Source: an uncultured virus (IMG/VR IMGVR_UViG_3300031998_000023)
Taxonomy: Duplodnaviria; Heunggongvirae; Uroviricota; Caudoviricetes
IMG/VR virus record: IMGVR_UViG_3300031998_000023
DNA length: 64,000 nt
Direction: 5' to 3' (one strand)
Shown here: piece by piece, positions 49,673 to 59,091 of the stretch
Position numbering within the stretch: the first letter of the stretch is position 1
Layout: each line of letters starts with the position of its first letter
Notes under the pieces: generated by a model
Seen by the model: only the letters and a program-made list of their open reading frames with translations
The model's database searches: none
Told to the model about the DNA's origin: nothing
Made by a program: the position numbers and the translations under genes

Positions 49673-50239
49673 ATGAAAAAGAATTTTAGTAATTTAATAG
49701 GTTATTATATGGGAAACGAAGTTAGAGTAAAAGATGGTGTTCCTTATCTTGTAGCACCAAGCGAATCTGAAAAAATCAACAGAAGAGTTTCCGAAATTAA
49801 TTGGGAACTGAAACATGCAGGACAACTGCTACGCAATTACACTGAGATTCAAATTGAGTTAAGACGTAAGGCAAGAGAAGAGTTTGATACCCTTTCTTGG
49901 TACAAACAGGAAAAACTCAAAAAGGATATTAGGCGATACAGGGCGGTTCTTAACGGACTTAGGAACTATATGACTATCCTTAAAACGGAAAAGTCAATGC
50001 TTCAAAAGTCTTATCCTAAGAATATGAAGCCGAAAGAGCTTACGCCTGAGGAAAAGGCTATTAAGAAACAAAAACATGAAAATGGCCATAAGATTGCAAA
50101 GTTGAAGAGTGAGTTGTTCAAACTTGACAACGATTGCAGACGCTGCCATGGAAATTTTAACGATGATTGCCGTGACTGTTGGGCCCTTGACAAAAGAAGC
50201 GATTTGAAACAAGAAATTGAAAATCTAACTAAAAAGTAA
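49673..50239 (+). CDS. Hypothetical basic coiled-coil protein with C-terminal Cys cluster
   Basis: CRRCH....DCRDC; start uncertain. Confidence 0.6.
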   Translation: MKKNFSNLIGYYMGNEVRVKDGVPYLVAPSESEKINRRVSEINWELKHAGQLLRNYTEIQIELRRKAREEFDTLSWYKQEKLKKDIRRYRAVLNGLRNYMTILKTEKSMLQKSYPKNMKPKELTPEEKAIKKQKHENGHKIAKLKSELFKLDNDCRRCHGNFNDDCRDCWALDKRSDLKQEIENLTKK

Positions 50240-50244
50240 TAAAG

Positions 50245-51750
50245 ATGAAAAAGAGATTTATTTTATCAAAAGACCACAACCCTAACTACCTTTGCACCAT
50301 CTGTAAGATTGGTGAGACTTTCCCAATCGAAGGTGCTGACAAACTTGTTAAGACTGTTGTAAACGGTTACGACATTGTTATTGGTAAAGACCACAAGGAG
50401 GGTGATATTGTTATCTACTTCCCTGTTGAGACTGCAATCAATGAAATGTTCCTTTCCGCAAACAACTTGTTTGAGCGTTCAGAGTTTGAGAGAAACGCCA
50501 ATGCTGATGCCGTAAAAGAGTATCTTATCGAATTGGAAAAGGCTGATGAGGAAAACGACACTCAAAAGGCTGAGGAACTTTCTGCAAAGATTAAGTCAAT
50601 GTGTGGTTTCTTCGCTAAGAATGGCCGTGTTCGTATCATCAAACTTCGTGGCCAATATTCACAGGGTTTCATTGCAGGTGTTGATGCACTTGTAAACTTC
50701 GATGAAACCTTGAAGGATACTGATTGGGAATCTCTTGTCGGCACTCAGTTCGACTACATTGATGACAAGGAATTTTGTCATAAGTATATCCCACCTATCA
50801 GGGGCCATGGTCAGCAAAACCATCCTGGTGGTAATCAGTCAATTTGGAAGAAGAGAATGAAGAAAATCCGTAAGTTCAACAGACTTGTTGACGGACAGTT
50901 CGTCTTCCACTATGACACAAAGATGTTGGCTGAACATATCAACGAGTTTAAGCCTGATGACAGCGTATCTATTACCGTTAAGGTACATGGTACTTCTATC
51001 ATCATGTCAAACATCCTTGTTAATAGGAAACTTACAACTTGGGAGAAAATCAAAAAGTTCTTCGGCTGTAAAGTTCCGTTGACTGAATACGGTAACGTTT
51101 ACTCTTCAAGAGGTGTTATCAAGAACCAATACATCAACCAAGGTGTTACTCCTGGTTACTATGGCTGTGATATTTATGGCTGTGTAAACCGTGACTTCTC
51201 ACCTTACATTGATAAGGGTATGACAGTCTATGGTGAAGTTGTTGGTTATCTTGAAAACTCAACTTCAATGATTCAAAAGCAGCATGACTATGGCTGTAAG
51301 ACTGGCCAGTGGAAGTTCATGCCTTACAGAATCACTTCAACCGATGAAAACGGTAACAAGATGGAATGGGAAATCGTTGACGTTGACAATTGGACCCATA
51401 AACTTGTTAACGCACATCCTGAACTTGCTGACAAAGTATTGTTCTTGAATTTCGTTTACAATGGAAGATTCGGTGACATGTATCCCGACATTCCTGAAGA
51501 TGAAAATTGGAACAAGAACGTTCTTGCAAGAATGAAGGCTGACAGAAAGCTCATTCTCATGGAGGAAGATGAACCTATGTGCAAGAATAAGGTTCCTCGT
51601 GAGGGTGTTGTTGTCAGAATTAACAATGACCAATTTTCACGTGCTTGGAAGTTGAAGTCTCTTAGACACTATGGAAAAGAGGCTGAAGCTCACGATAAGG
51701 GTGAAGTTGACATTGAAGAGATTGAATCTTCAGAAGATAATGGGCAGTAA
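50245..51750 (+). CDS. RNA ligase, DRB0094-like (N-terminal OB/tRNA-binding-like domain plus Rnl2-type adenylyltransferase)
   Basis: PIEGADKL, G..V.YFP, IKLRGQYSQG, TVKVHGTS (motif I), YGEVVG, EGVVVR, KLKS. Confidence 0.85.
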   Translation: MKKRFILSKDHNPNYLCTICKIGETFPIEGADKLVKTVVNGYDIVIGKDHKEGDIVIYFPVETAINEMFLSANNLFERSEFERNANADAVKEYLIELEKADEENDTQKAEELSAKIKSMCGFFAKNGRVRIIKLRGQYSQGFIAGVDALVNFDETLKDTDWESLVGTQFDYIDDKEFCHKYIPPIRGHGQQNHPGGNQSIWKKRMKKIRKFNRLVDGQFVFHYDTKMLAEHINEFKPDDSVSITVKVHGTSIIMSNILVNRKLTTWEKIKKFFGCKVPLTEYGNVYSSRGVIKNQYINQGVTPGYYGCDIYGCVNRDFSPYIDKGMTVYGEVVGYLENSTSMIQKQHDYGCKTGQWKFMPYRITSTDENGNKMEWEIVDVDNWTHKLVNAHPELADKVLFLNFVYNGRFGDMYPDIPEDENWNKNVLARMKADRKLILMEEDEPMCKNKVPREGVVVRINNDQFSRAWKLKSLRHYGKEAEAHDKGEVDIEEIESSEDNGQ

Positions 51751-51806
51751 TCCTGCTCATTATCTTTATTTTTTATAAAAACTATTTATAAGAAAAAGAC
51801 AATGCC

Positions 51807-52169
51807 ATGAAAAAATTATTACTTATTTTAGTTTTGTTCGCAAGCATGTTATTCATTAGTTCTTGCGCAAGTGACACTGTTTTAGTGTATAGGGATTACC
51901 CTACCATGGTCTATTACCATCCATATTATTATTGGAATGGGTATCATTACGCCTATCATCATCCGCTTCCTCATCATCACACCTATAGGCCGCATCCTGC
52001 ACCCCATTACCATGCAAATCCACCTAAGCCACATGGTAATAATCATACTCCATATATGCCGCCAAAGCCCACAAATGTACCAAAGGCTACTGTTAGACCT
52101 AACAATAGTGGAACAAGCGGCTCAATGAGTGGCGGAAGAAGACCGAACACAAATTCAGGACGAAGATAA
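51807..52169 (+). CDS. His/Pro-rich lipoprotein
   Basis: Signal peptide ending FISSC (lipobox); low-complexity Y/H/P-rich body. Confidence 0.7.
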   Translation: MKKLLLILVLFASMLFISSCASDTVLVYRDYPTMVYYHPYYYWNGYHYAYHHPLPHHHTYRPHPAPHYHANPPKPHGNNHTPYMPPKPTNVPKATVRPNNSGTSGSMSGGRRPNTNSGRR

Positions 52170-52170
52170 T

Positions 52171-52202
52171 AAAAAAAGGCTCTGAGTAATCAGGGCCTTT
52201 TT
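52171..52202. terminator. Bidirectional terminator
   Basis: AAAAAAAGGCTCTGA-GTAA-TCAGGGCCTTTTT. Confidence 0.85.
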
Positions 52203-52204
52203 AT

Positions 52205-52957
52205 TTATAATGGCTTATATTCAAAGTTCCTAACTTTGAACGGTATTTCCAAATTACTTTTAATTATCGCAGGGTCATCAATATTAATATCAAGTATGAC
52301 ATCCATTAAATAACCTTTTTTCGGGTTGTTCAAGTTTTGAGTAAGCATGTGTGCATACTTTTTACTAACTGTTTTTGTCACATTACCATTTGCTTTGAAT
52401 GTTATCTTATCAGGCTCCCATACACATTCATACTTAATCCAATTTTCTATTGGGTCAAGAGGTTGGTCACACTTAGTAACATTCTTTGAACCAAGATGCT
52501 GATGCTTTATGTTTTTATCATTGTAATGAACATTGTAAGTTGTTCTCCATGACTTACATAACCATGGAAAATGATTGGTTAAACTATGTGCATAGTTATT
52601 ATTTTCAGACCATGCTTCAAGTATATCAATCTCAGGTGGCCAGTTACCATCGCCACTAAGCCAAAATGCACAAGAAATGTTTAATCCTTTTGGACATTTT
52701 GCTTCAATTGAAAACGTACCATAATCAAATGGTGTTGTTGTTCTTATTAATGCTCTTTCAATTGTAGGGTTAAACACTCTACCATCCCAATGTTTAATCA
52801 CTTTTGGGTTTTCTCTGTAACTCAATGACATTTCTCCGTCATCGTTGATTTGAATTACTTCAGGACTATCACTATACCATGCATGTGGGTAAGATGGATG
52901 TATGATTCTACCACCTTCCATTTCACATGACCAATCGTATCCGCACCAATTTATCAT
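52205..52957 (-). CDS. Glycoside hydrolase family 16 protein
   Basis: YG.F, AFWL, WPPEIDILE catalytic motif, W.PD.I.F. Confidence 0.88.
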   Translation of the reverse strand: MINWCGYDWSCEMEGGRIIHPSYPHAWYSDSPEVIQINDDGEMSLSYRENPKVIKHWDGRVFNPTIERALIRTTTPFDYGTFSIEAKCPKGLNISCAFWLSGDGNWPPEIDILEAWSENNNYAHSLTNHFPWLCKSWRTTYNVHYNDKNIKHQHLGSKNVTKCDQPLDPIENWIKYECVWEPDKITFKANGNVTKTVSKKYAHMLTQNLNNPKKGYLMDVILDINIDDPAIIKSNLEIPFKVRNFEYKPL

Positions 52958-53041
52958 ATTTTTATCATTTTTTTATAAATAGTTGGTTTTTTGGCATGTT
53001 TTTTGTATATTCGAGATAATGACATACAAAAATAAATTATT

Positions 53042-53632
53042 ATGGAATTCAAAAAAGAAAACTATTTTACAAGACACGAAGACAATGTTATTAATACAAT
53101 GTCCTTTGAAGAACTTCAAAACGCAGTGGATTATTTTGCACGTACATTAAAAATGAACAACATTTGTCCGTGTGAAGTACCTGTTTATTTTACCCATGAA
53201 GGTAAGAAATATGAATTCAGCAAGCATACAGCAATTGGGCTGGTTATGGGCCGTGGCTGTGAAGTGCATGTTGACTTTGATGACTATGACGAAATTAAAT
53301 ACGTTGCTCCCGATTCACGTCCTGAAAATGGTGAGTATTGGAATTCACGTGGAGTTGGTTATGACTTGTCAGGCTTTGTTGTTTCAAAGCTTGCAGGTGA
53401 ACGACTCCGTAGAATGGTTCGTCTCGTTCTTGAAAAGGATGAAACAAAGAGTTGGCTTGATTTCCGTGAAAGTGAACCTAATTGGATTCAATTCAAATTC
53501 CAAAAAAAAGAGTTCGATTTGGAAAAACTTGATGAAATGGCCCGTGCTAACAACAACATTTTAACCATTGAAATTTTGAAACAATGCAAAGTGAAGGAAG
53601 AAGATTCACAAAAAGAATTGAACAATCAATAA
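53042..53632 (+). CDS. Hypothetical protein
   Basis: 196 aa ORF with overlapping class I and II motifs upstream. Confidence 0.7.
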   Translation: MEFKKENYFTRHEDNVINTMSFEELQNAVDYFARTLKMNNICPCEVPVYFTHEGKKYEFSKHTAIGLVMGRGCEVHVDFDDYDEIKYVAPDSRPENGEYWNSRGVGYDLSGFVVSKLAGERLRRMVRLVLEKDETKSWLDFRESEPNWIQFKFQKKEFDLEKLDEMARANNNILTIEILKQCKVKEEDSQKELNNQ

Positions 53633-53634
53633 GA

Positions 53635-54087
53635 ATGTCAGACGGAAGTATTTGTGTTTCCACATGGTGCTTTATAATCAAACGTGAGGCAAACACAACC
53701 TATTGTCCAATATTTGAAGACGAAGAACGTAGATGGTGGAAAGACAGGAATATCTTTTATTTCCATTCAAAAGAAACAGCTAACGAAATAACAGAAGAAT
53801 GTAAACAAACATTAAAAGAAATGGCTGAAAAAATAAAGTACAACGACAAGGAAGAAGATGAGGTTGGTGAAATGTTTGATGCTGCACAACTTGCAGGTTT
53901 AGCAATGGGAATGAAACCAATTCCTCAAGAAGATTACGACAGATTCTGGAAATGGATGGAAACTCCGTTGAAGGATGTTCCTGATGAAGAATTGCTATGG
54001 TGCTATAAGCAAAACAGGCAAAATTCGATTTGTTCAAAAGCCGTATGGAAAAGCGAAATTGATAGAAGAAACCTTAAAATAGAATAA
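53635..54087 (+). CDS. Hypothetical protein
   Basis: Probable start MSDGSI. Confidence 0.6.
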   Translation: MSDGSICVSTWCFIIKREANTTYCPIFEDEERRWWKDRNIFYFHSKETANEITEECKQTLKEMAEKIKYNDKEEDEVGEMFDAAQLAGLAMGMKPIPQEDYDRFWKWMETPLKDVPDEELLWCYKQNRQNSICSKAVWKSEIDRRNLKIE

Positions 54088-54088
54088 A

Positions 54089-54382
54089 ATGAAAGCATTA
54101 CTTATTGTACTTTTAGTATTTATCCTTCTTATTACCTATGGACTTTATGTATATAGGTCAATCGAAATCCTTGACAGAGCTGGTTGCAACGGCTCGTTTA
54201 TTGAGTGGTTCACTGTTTTTTGTCCTATTGTGCATATTATCATATGCTTCAAATACAGGGAAATTTTTGAATTCAAAACATTTTGGAGCTTTTTCAAAGG
54301 TATTGACAAACAGTTTAATACCATGAAAGAGAACCTTGACGAAACTAACGAAAAATACACACGTAATAATAGATGGCCATGA
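54089..54382 (+). CDS. Small membrane protein
   Basis: Two hydrophobic segments. Confidence 0.6.
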   Translation: MKALLIVLLVFILLITYGLYVYRSIEILDRAGCNGSFIEWFTVFCPIVHIIICFKYREIFEFKTFWSFFKGIDKQFNTMKENLDETNEKYTRNNRWP

Positions 54383-54573
54383 TTATTGTAAAACTTTTAA
54401 TTTTTATTTTGCTTTGGATTGTGGCCCACAAAGTTTGTGAGGGCTATCCTTATGAGTTCATGATGCCTATGTATGAGGAAAATGAGGATAGAAAGCCAAA
54501 ACAATATGATTATTTCCACTTCTATTCCACAATTTACATGATTGTGTTTTTGATTATTATTCTAATTTGGTAA
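54373..54573 (+). CDS. Small membrane protein
   Basis: Two hydrophobic segments. Confidence 0.55.
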   Translation: MAMIIVKLLIFILLWIVAHKVCEGYPYEFMMPMYEENEDRKPKQYDYFHFYSTIYMIVFLIIILIW

Positions 54574-54888
54574 ATGTCAAGAAAGAGTGATTTGTTTTTC
54601 GCTTGCGCACCTGACCAAAAGTACATATTTGAACATGATGAATACGAATGGGATGATATTGTCAACGCTTTCATAGCGGGAGGTCTGTACGCTGACGCTA
54701 ATCCTCAGTACAAGTGGATTAAGCTGACCGAGAAAACTATAGAATCACTCAACGACTACACACGCTACCTTGTATATAAAGAGGATTACGATGAATATTA
54801 CGTTCTTGATGGTACTGATGTGAAAAGGGACTACCAAGAACGTGGTTATACTTATGCAAAAGAAATAGATTATCCAAGTTTAATTTGA
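54574..54888 (+). CDS. Small protein, family B-like
   Basis: AFIAGGLYADANP.YKWI. Confidence 0.6.
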   Translation: MSRKSDLFFACAPDQKYIFEHDEYEWDDIVNAFIAGGLYADANPQYKWIKLTEKTIESLNDYTRYLVYKEDYDEYYVLDGTDVKRDYQERGYTYAKEIDYPSLI

Positions 54889-55132
54889 AAAAATAAAAAA
54901 GTTATTTGCTTTTTTAAATTTCGTGGATTATATTTTAGTAAAGTTTTAAATATGACTAAAAAAATTACTGTAAAGCACACTGAGTGCCCAAAACAAATGC
55001 CAGGCAAAAGAACGCCTAAAGTTAATCCTAAAAATCCTGATAAAAGAACTGAGTCTAAAAAATAATTGATTTATTTTTAATTTCTGGCACAGTTTTTGAT
55101 ACGGATAAAGTGTAACTTTAAAACTATTAAAA

Positions 55133-55888
55133 ATGAAAAAATTATTAATCATCATTAGCGCTATCTTTATTTCAATCAATTGTTATTCTCAGTTTAGTAA
55201 GGGTTATAACAGGACTTTAAGCGGCTGTGGATATTCTTCAAGAGTTGAATGGGACTATGATTTTAAAACTTATGAATGTGCCGACAAGAACACAAACGAT
55301 ACAATAATTATGATTGATGGTGAGGAATATGAAATGTATGTTTATCCTTCAGCTCGTTCATATGACAATAAGAATTATTGGGGAAATAATCCATTATACA
55401 TTCCAAAGTGGGTAAAGAAAATGATTTATAATGATATTGTTGATGGAAAAACATATACTGAATTTTTAATATCTCCAAACTATAGGAAGTATAACGGAAA
55501 TTATTACAATGGATTACTACCGTTATATGGGTATAAAATAGTATTAAGAAGTGGTGCAAACAAAATAACCAAAACAATTATTGGTAAAGGTGGAGGGTAT
55601 TGTAGTGCTAAACTTGGTGATTTTCATTTGTATTTTCAATTAGATTGTATTAGAGGAAATTATAAATTAGATTTTAATCCTGATGACAATTATGAATTTA
55701 ATGCCGTTAAAGATTATTTAATTGAAAATCAAAATAGATTAGGAATTGAAATTAAAAGTTATTCATTTAGAGACTATGGTGATTGTTCTATTTACATATC
55801 ATATTATATGGAAGATGAATGGTTAGACCAAGCAAATCAATTAGAAAATTTCTATAAAGAAAAACGAATTGAAAGTATAAATTGGTAA
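55133..55888 (+). CDS. Secreted/periplasmic protein (signal peptide)
   Basis: MKKLLIIISAIFISINCYSQ; shares upstream leader with 48959. Confidence 0.7.
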   Translation: MKKLLIIISAIFISINCYSQFSKGYNRTLSGCGYSSRVEWDYDFKTYECADKNTNDTIIMIDGEEYEMYVYPSARSYDNKNYWGNNPLYIPKWVKKMIYNDIVDGKTYTEFLISPNYRKYNGNYYNGLLPLYGYKIVLRSGANKITKTIIGKGGGYCSAKLGDFHLYFQLDCIRGNYKLDFNPDDNYEFNAVKDYLIENQNRLGIEIKSYSFRDYGDCSIYISYYMEDEWLDQANQLENFYKEKRIESINW

Positions 55889-55894
55889 TTGAAT

Positions 55895-56269
55895 ATGGAA
55901 GCAAAATGGTTATATAGGCTTGAGGCCGTTAGTCCTGACAATGGCCTTTGGTACAACAAGAACAACGAAATGGTTTGGGGTATCGGTAAGTTGCCGAACT
56001 GCAAGACCAAGGACCTACCTATGGATTATGACCCAAGGTATCACGAAGACGGAAAAAATTGGTATTCAAGCTGCACACGCAAGGAAGACTTGTCGCATTG
56101 GTACAGCCTACAGGATGCCAAAGACTTAATTGACAATGGCTTTGTGTTCACAAAATACCTTGCTGTTGACTATCGTGAGTATGAACTTGAGACTTGTTTC
56201 CTGAAGGAAACAGCACTTGAACGTGTTGAAATTCCGTTTGATGAATTAAAAAAGTTGTGGGAAGAATAA
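55895..56269 (+). CDS. Hypothetical phage protein
   Basis: LYRLE...GLWY...LPMD.D...WYS.C...L..W. Confidence 0.7.
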   Translation: MEAKWLYRLEAVSPDNGLWYNKNNEMVWGIGKLPNCKTKDLPMDYDPRYHEDGKNWYSSCTRKEDLSHWYSLQDAKDLIDNGFVFTKYLAVDYREYELETCFLKETALERVEIPFDELKKLWEE

Positions 56270-56430
56270 GTTTGGCATACTTTTTGATATGGACAAGAAA
56301 GAATTTGAAAACATCGAAAAATGGGTTAAGATGTTGGAAGATGCTGAGAAGAATGAACTGCTTAACGAACCGTGGTTTCATCTAATCAGAATTGGAATGT
56401 TTGACTATCCCGACTTAATCAAATACTAAC

Positions 56431-59035
56431 ATGACAGAGGAAGAAAAATACGAAATCAAGAAATTCATCTATCATCACAATAAGAAGTTCAAGCCTTATT
56501 ATCAGATTAACGAAAAGGAAATCTTAACTGATGAGGAATGCGAGACAGCAAGGAAAGTATTGAGCTTTATAATGGATAATTTTAATGAAATGTATGGTTT
56601 TTTTAATTATTATTCATTTTTAAGGCCCCTTATTAGAAAACTGGCACGATTTTTGTTTTATTGCGGATGGATGCGACTTGATGAATGTATGTCTTATTTA
56701 AGAAGAGAATAATATGGAAAACAAAATTAGAATTGAACCTGAACTTAGAATTAAAGGAATGATTTGCCTACATGCTTTAGAAGATGGCGAAGAGGAATGG
56801 CTTGATGAAGACGAGTTCAATAGAGTGAAGCAATATGACGGAAAGACATATGTAGAATATTATACAGGATGGGAAGACTGTCTATACGAAGGCTTTTATG
56901 TAAAAGAGACACCTGAAGAAGTCCTCAACTTATTGAAAGAAGCAAGACGACAACTTCAGGAAGCATATGAAAAGTATAAAGTTGTTGAGAAAAATAATTG
57001 AACTATGGGATTAAAATACACCAAGCAAGACATTGATAAGATGGTCGAAGTCTTTTCGGCCATTAACGACAAAAAGAAAGCAAATGATGGCAAGGGCGTT
57101 CTTGATGAACTTGTTAAACTGATTGACTATCCTGTTCCTGTACTTAGGGAGTTCCTTAAATGTATGGAAGCTTTTTCCGACAAGGATGAAAACTACCTGA
57201 AGGAAAATTATATGGGTGTCATTGGCTATATTATCATTAGGCTTAACCTTGTTAACGAAAACGAAGAAATTTTGGACTTTTAAAGCATAAAGGAAATTAT
57301 GAAGCAAATAATTCAATTTGAATCAAGGGATGGCGAAATTTTTTCAAACAAGAAAAAGTGCCAAGACTACGAAGATGTCTTAGACAAGACAGACGAAATT
57401 ATGTCAACACTGAGAGATAACAGCGAGGTCAACAGTGGCATTGCTGTAAAGCAAGATGTTGATACCGTTAAAACAGCATTCAGGCGTTTTTTGCTTGAGG
57501 TTTGCTTGCCGGCTTTCAGTGATTGGGAGTGGGCACATAAAATCATCAAAGAAACTGCTGAAGGTACAAGACATAATAGCTGGGTTGCAAGACTGCTTTC
57601 AGACAACCCCGGCAATGGTAAAGTTTATTGGGAAACGTATTTCCGCTTTATGTGTATCAGCCCTGAAAGCGGAATCGAATACCAACAGCCTTATTATGTT
57701 GAACACGAAGACGAATTTAAAGGCGAAGTAATCTAATATGAAAATCTTTTATACATCAACTGTACACGGCATTGACGAAGACTTGGACCAAATTTGTCCA
57801 TTTCGTCAAAGAAGCGAGAAAACAGGTAGCCTGATTTATCTTGGCTCTGTTGCTTGCAAGGAATGTAAGCATTGCTATGGATATGGACAAAATCCTAATC
57901 CTTTTTATAAGCCGATTATAATTCCATTCTATTCAAGGAATACGAAGGAATTTTACTATAGCCCTGATTCTGAATTACCTGAATGGGGATTGAAAGACTG
58001 CAAGTTTGTTTCAGAAGTTGACTATATAAAGTGTATGAAATGCTACAGTGAACACGGACAACAAATGAGAAAGAACCGATTCAAACTTTGGTATTGGAAG
58101 CATATCGGTGAAAAACTATCTGATGCAAAGTATTGGCTTATCCAAACATATTCTGATATTAAGATTAAAGTTAAATTAAAAATTCACGGTTGGTAAAAAA
58201 ATAAAAATGAAAATGAATTCTACAGTTATTGGTTGTGTTATTATTGGCATTTTTGTCATTTTATTGATTTCCTCATTGGTTTATGACGTAATATCAAGAA
58301 AGAGAGACCTTAGGGCGTTTCAGCCTGGTTATATTGTTGAATACTATGATTCATATAGGCATGGAAAGTTTCGTCAAAGAGAACTTACTGCCTCATACGA
58401 AATCTTAGATGTTGATTGCATGTATGCCATGTATAAAAGCCTTAAAACAGGAAGAGAATTTGAAAAAAACCTTACTCTTGACCTGAAGTATTCTGACATG
58501 GTAATCAAGACCAAAGATGGCGAAATTATTAAAGAGTTTAACAAAGACAAATAAAACTATGATTTACAAAGGAGAAGAAATTAAGGATAAAGACTACGTT
58601 CTTGTTGAGGAAGAACCATTTATGGAATATTCAAGCAACTATGTCGAATTCGACTTGGAAGACTTGGAAGACTTGTGTGAGAAATACAAGGCAAAGGAAA
58701 AGGAATTGAAAGATTCAGGAGTTGATTTCAAGGATTTGAAGATTGAATTTTGGGCCCAAGATTACGAATACAATCCAAATGGCGCTGATTGGGATGATGA
58801 GGCAAAACTTTATTTTACCTATCAGCGATTAGAAACCGATAAGGAGAGTGAAGATAGAATCTTGCGTAAAATGGAATGGATTGACCTTAAACAAGAAGAA
58901 GAAAAAAGGTCACAACTTGCAGAAGAAGCAGTACAGCAATACGAAATTGCAAAGGCTAAGAAATTGCTTGAAAACAATGGATATTCTGTTAAGATAAATC
59001 CGAATAGCGGGTCAATGGACTTTGACAATAAATAA
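56431..59035 (+). other. Run of seven small co-oriented hypothetical genes (56431, 56714, 57005, 57299, 57738, 58207, about 58559)
   Basis: Tightly packed plus-strand ORFs with no recognisable motifs. Confidence 0.6.
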
Positions 59036-59091
59036 CATTATACCTTTTTATTTTTAACATTAAGCCAACTATTTATTGAAAAATCAAATAG

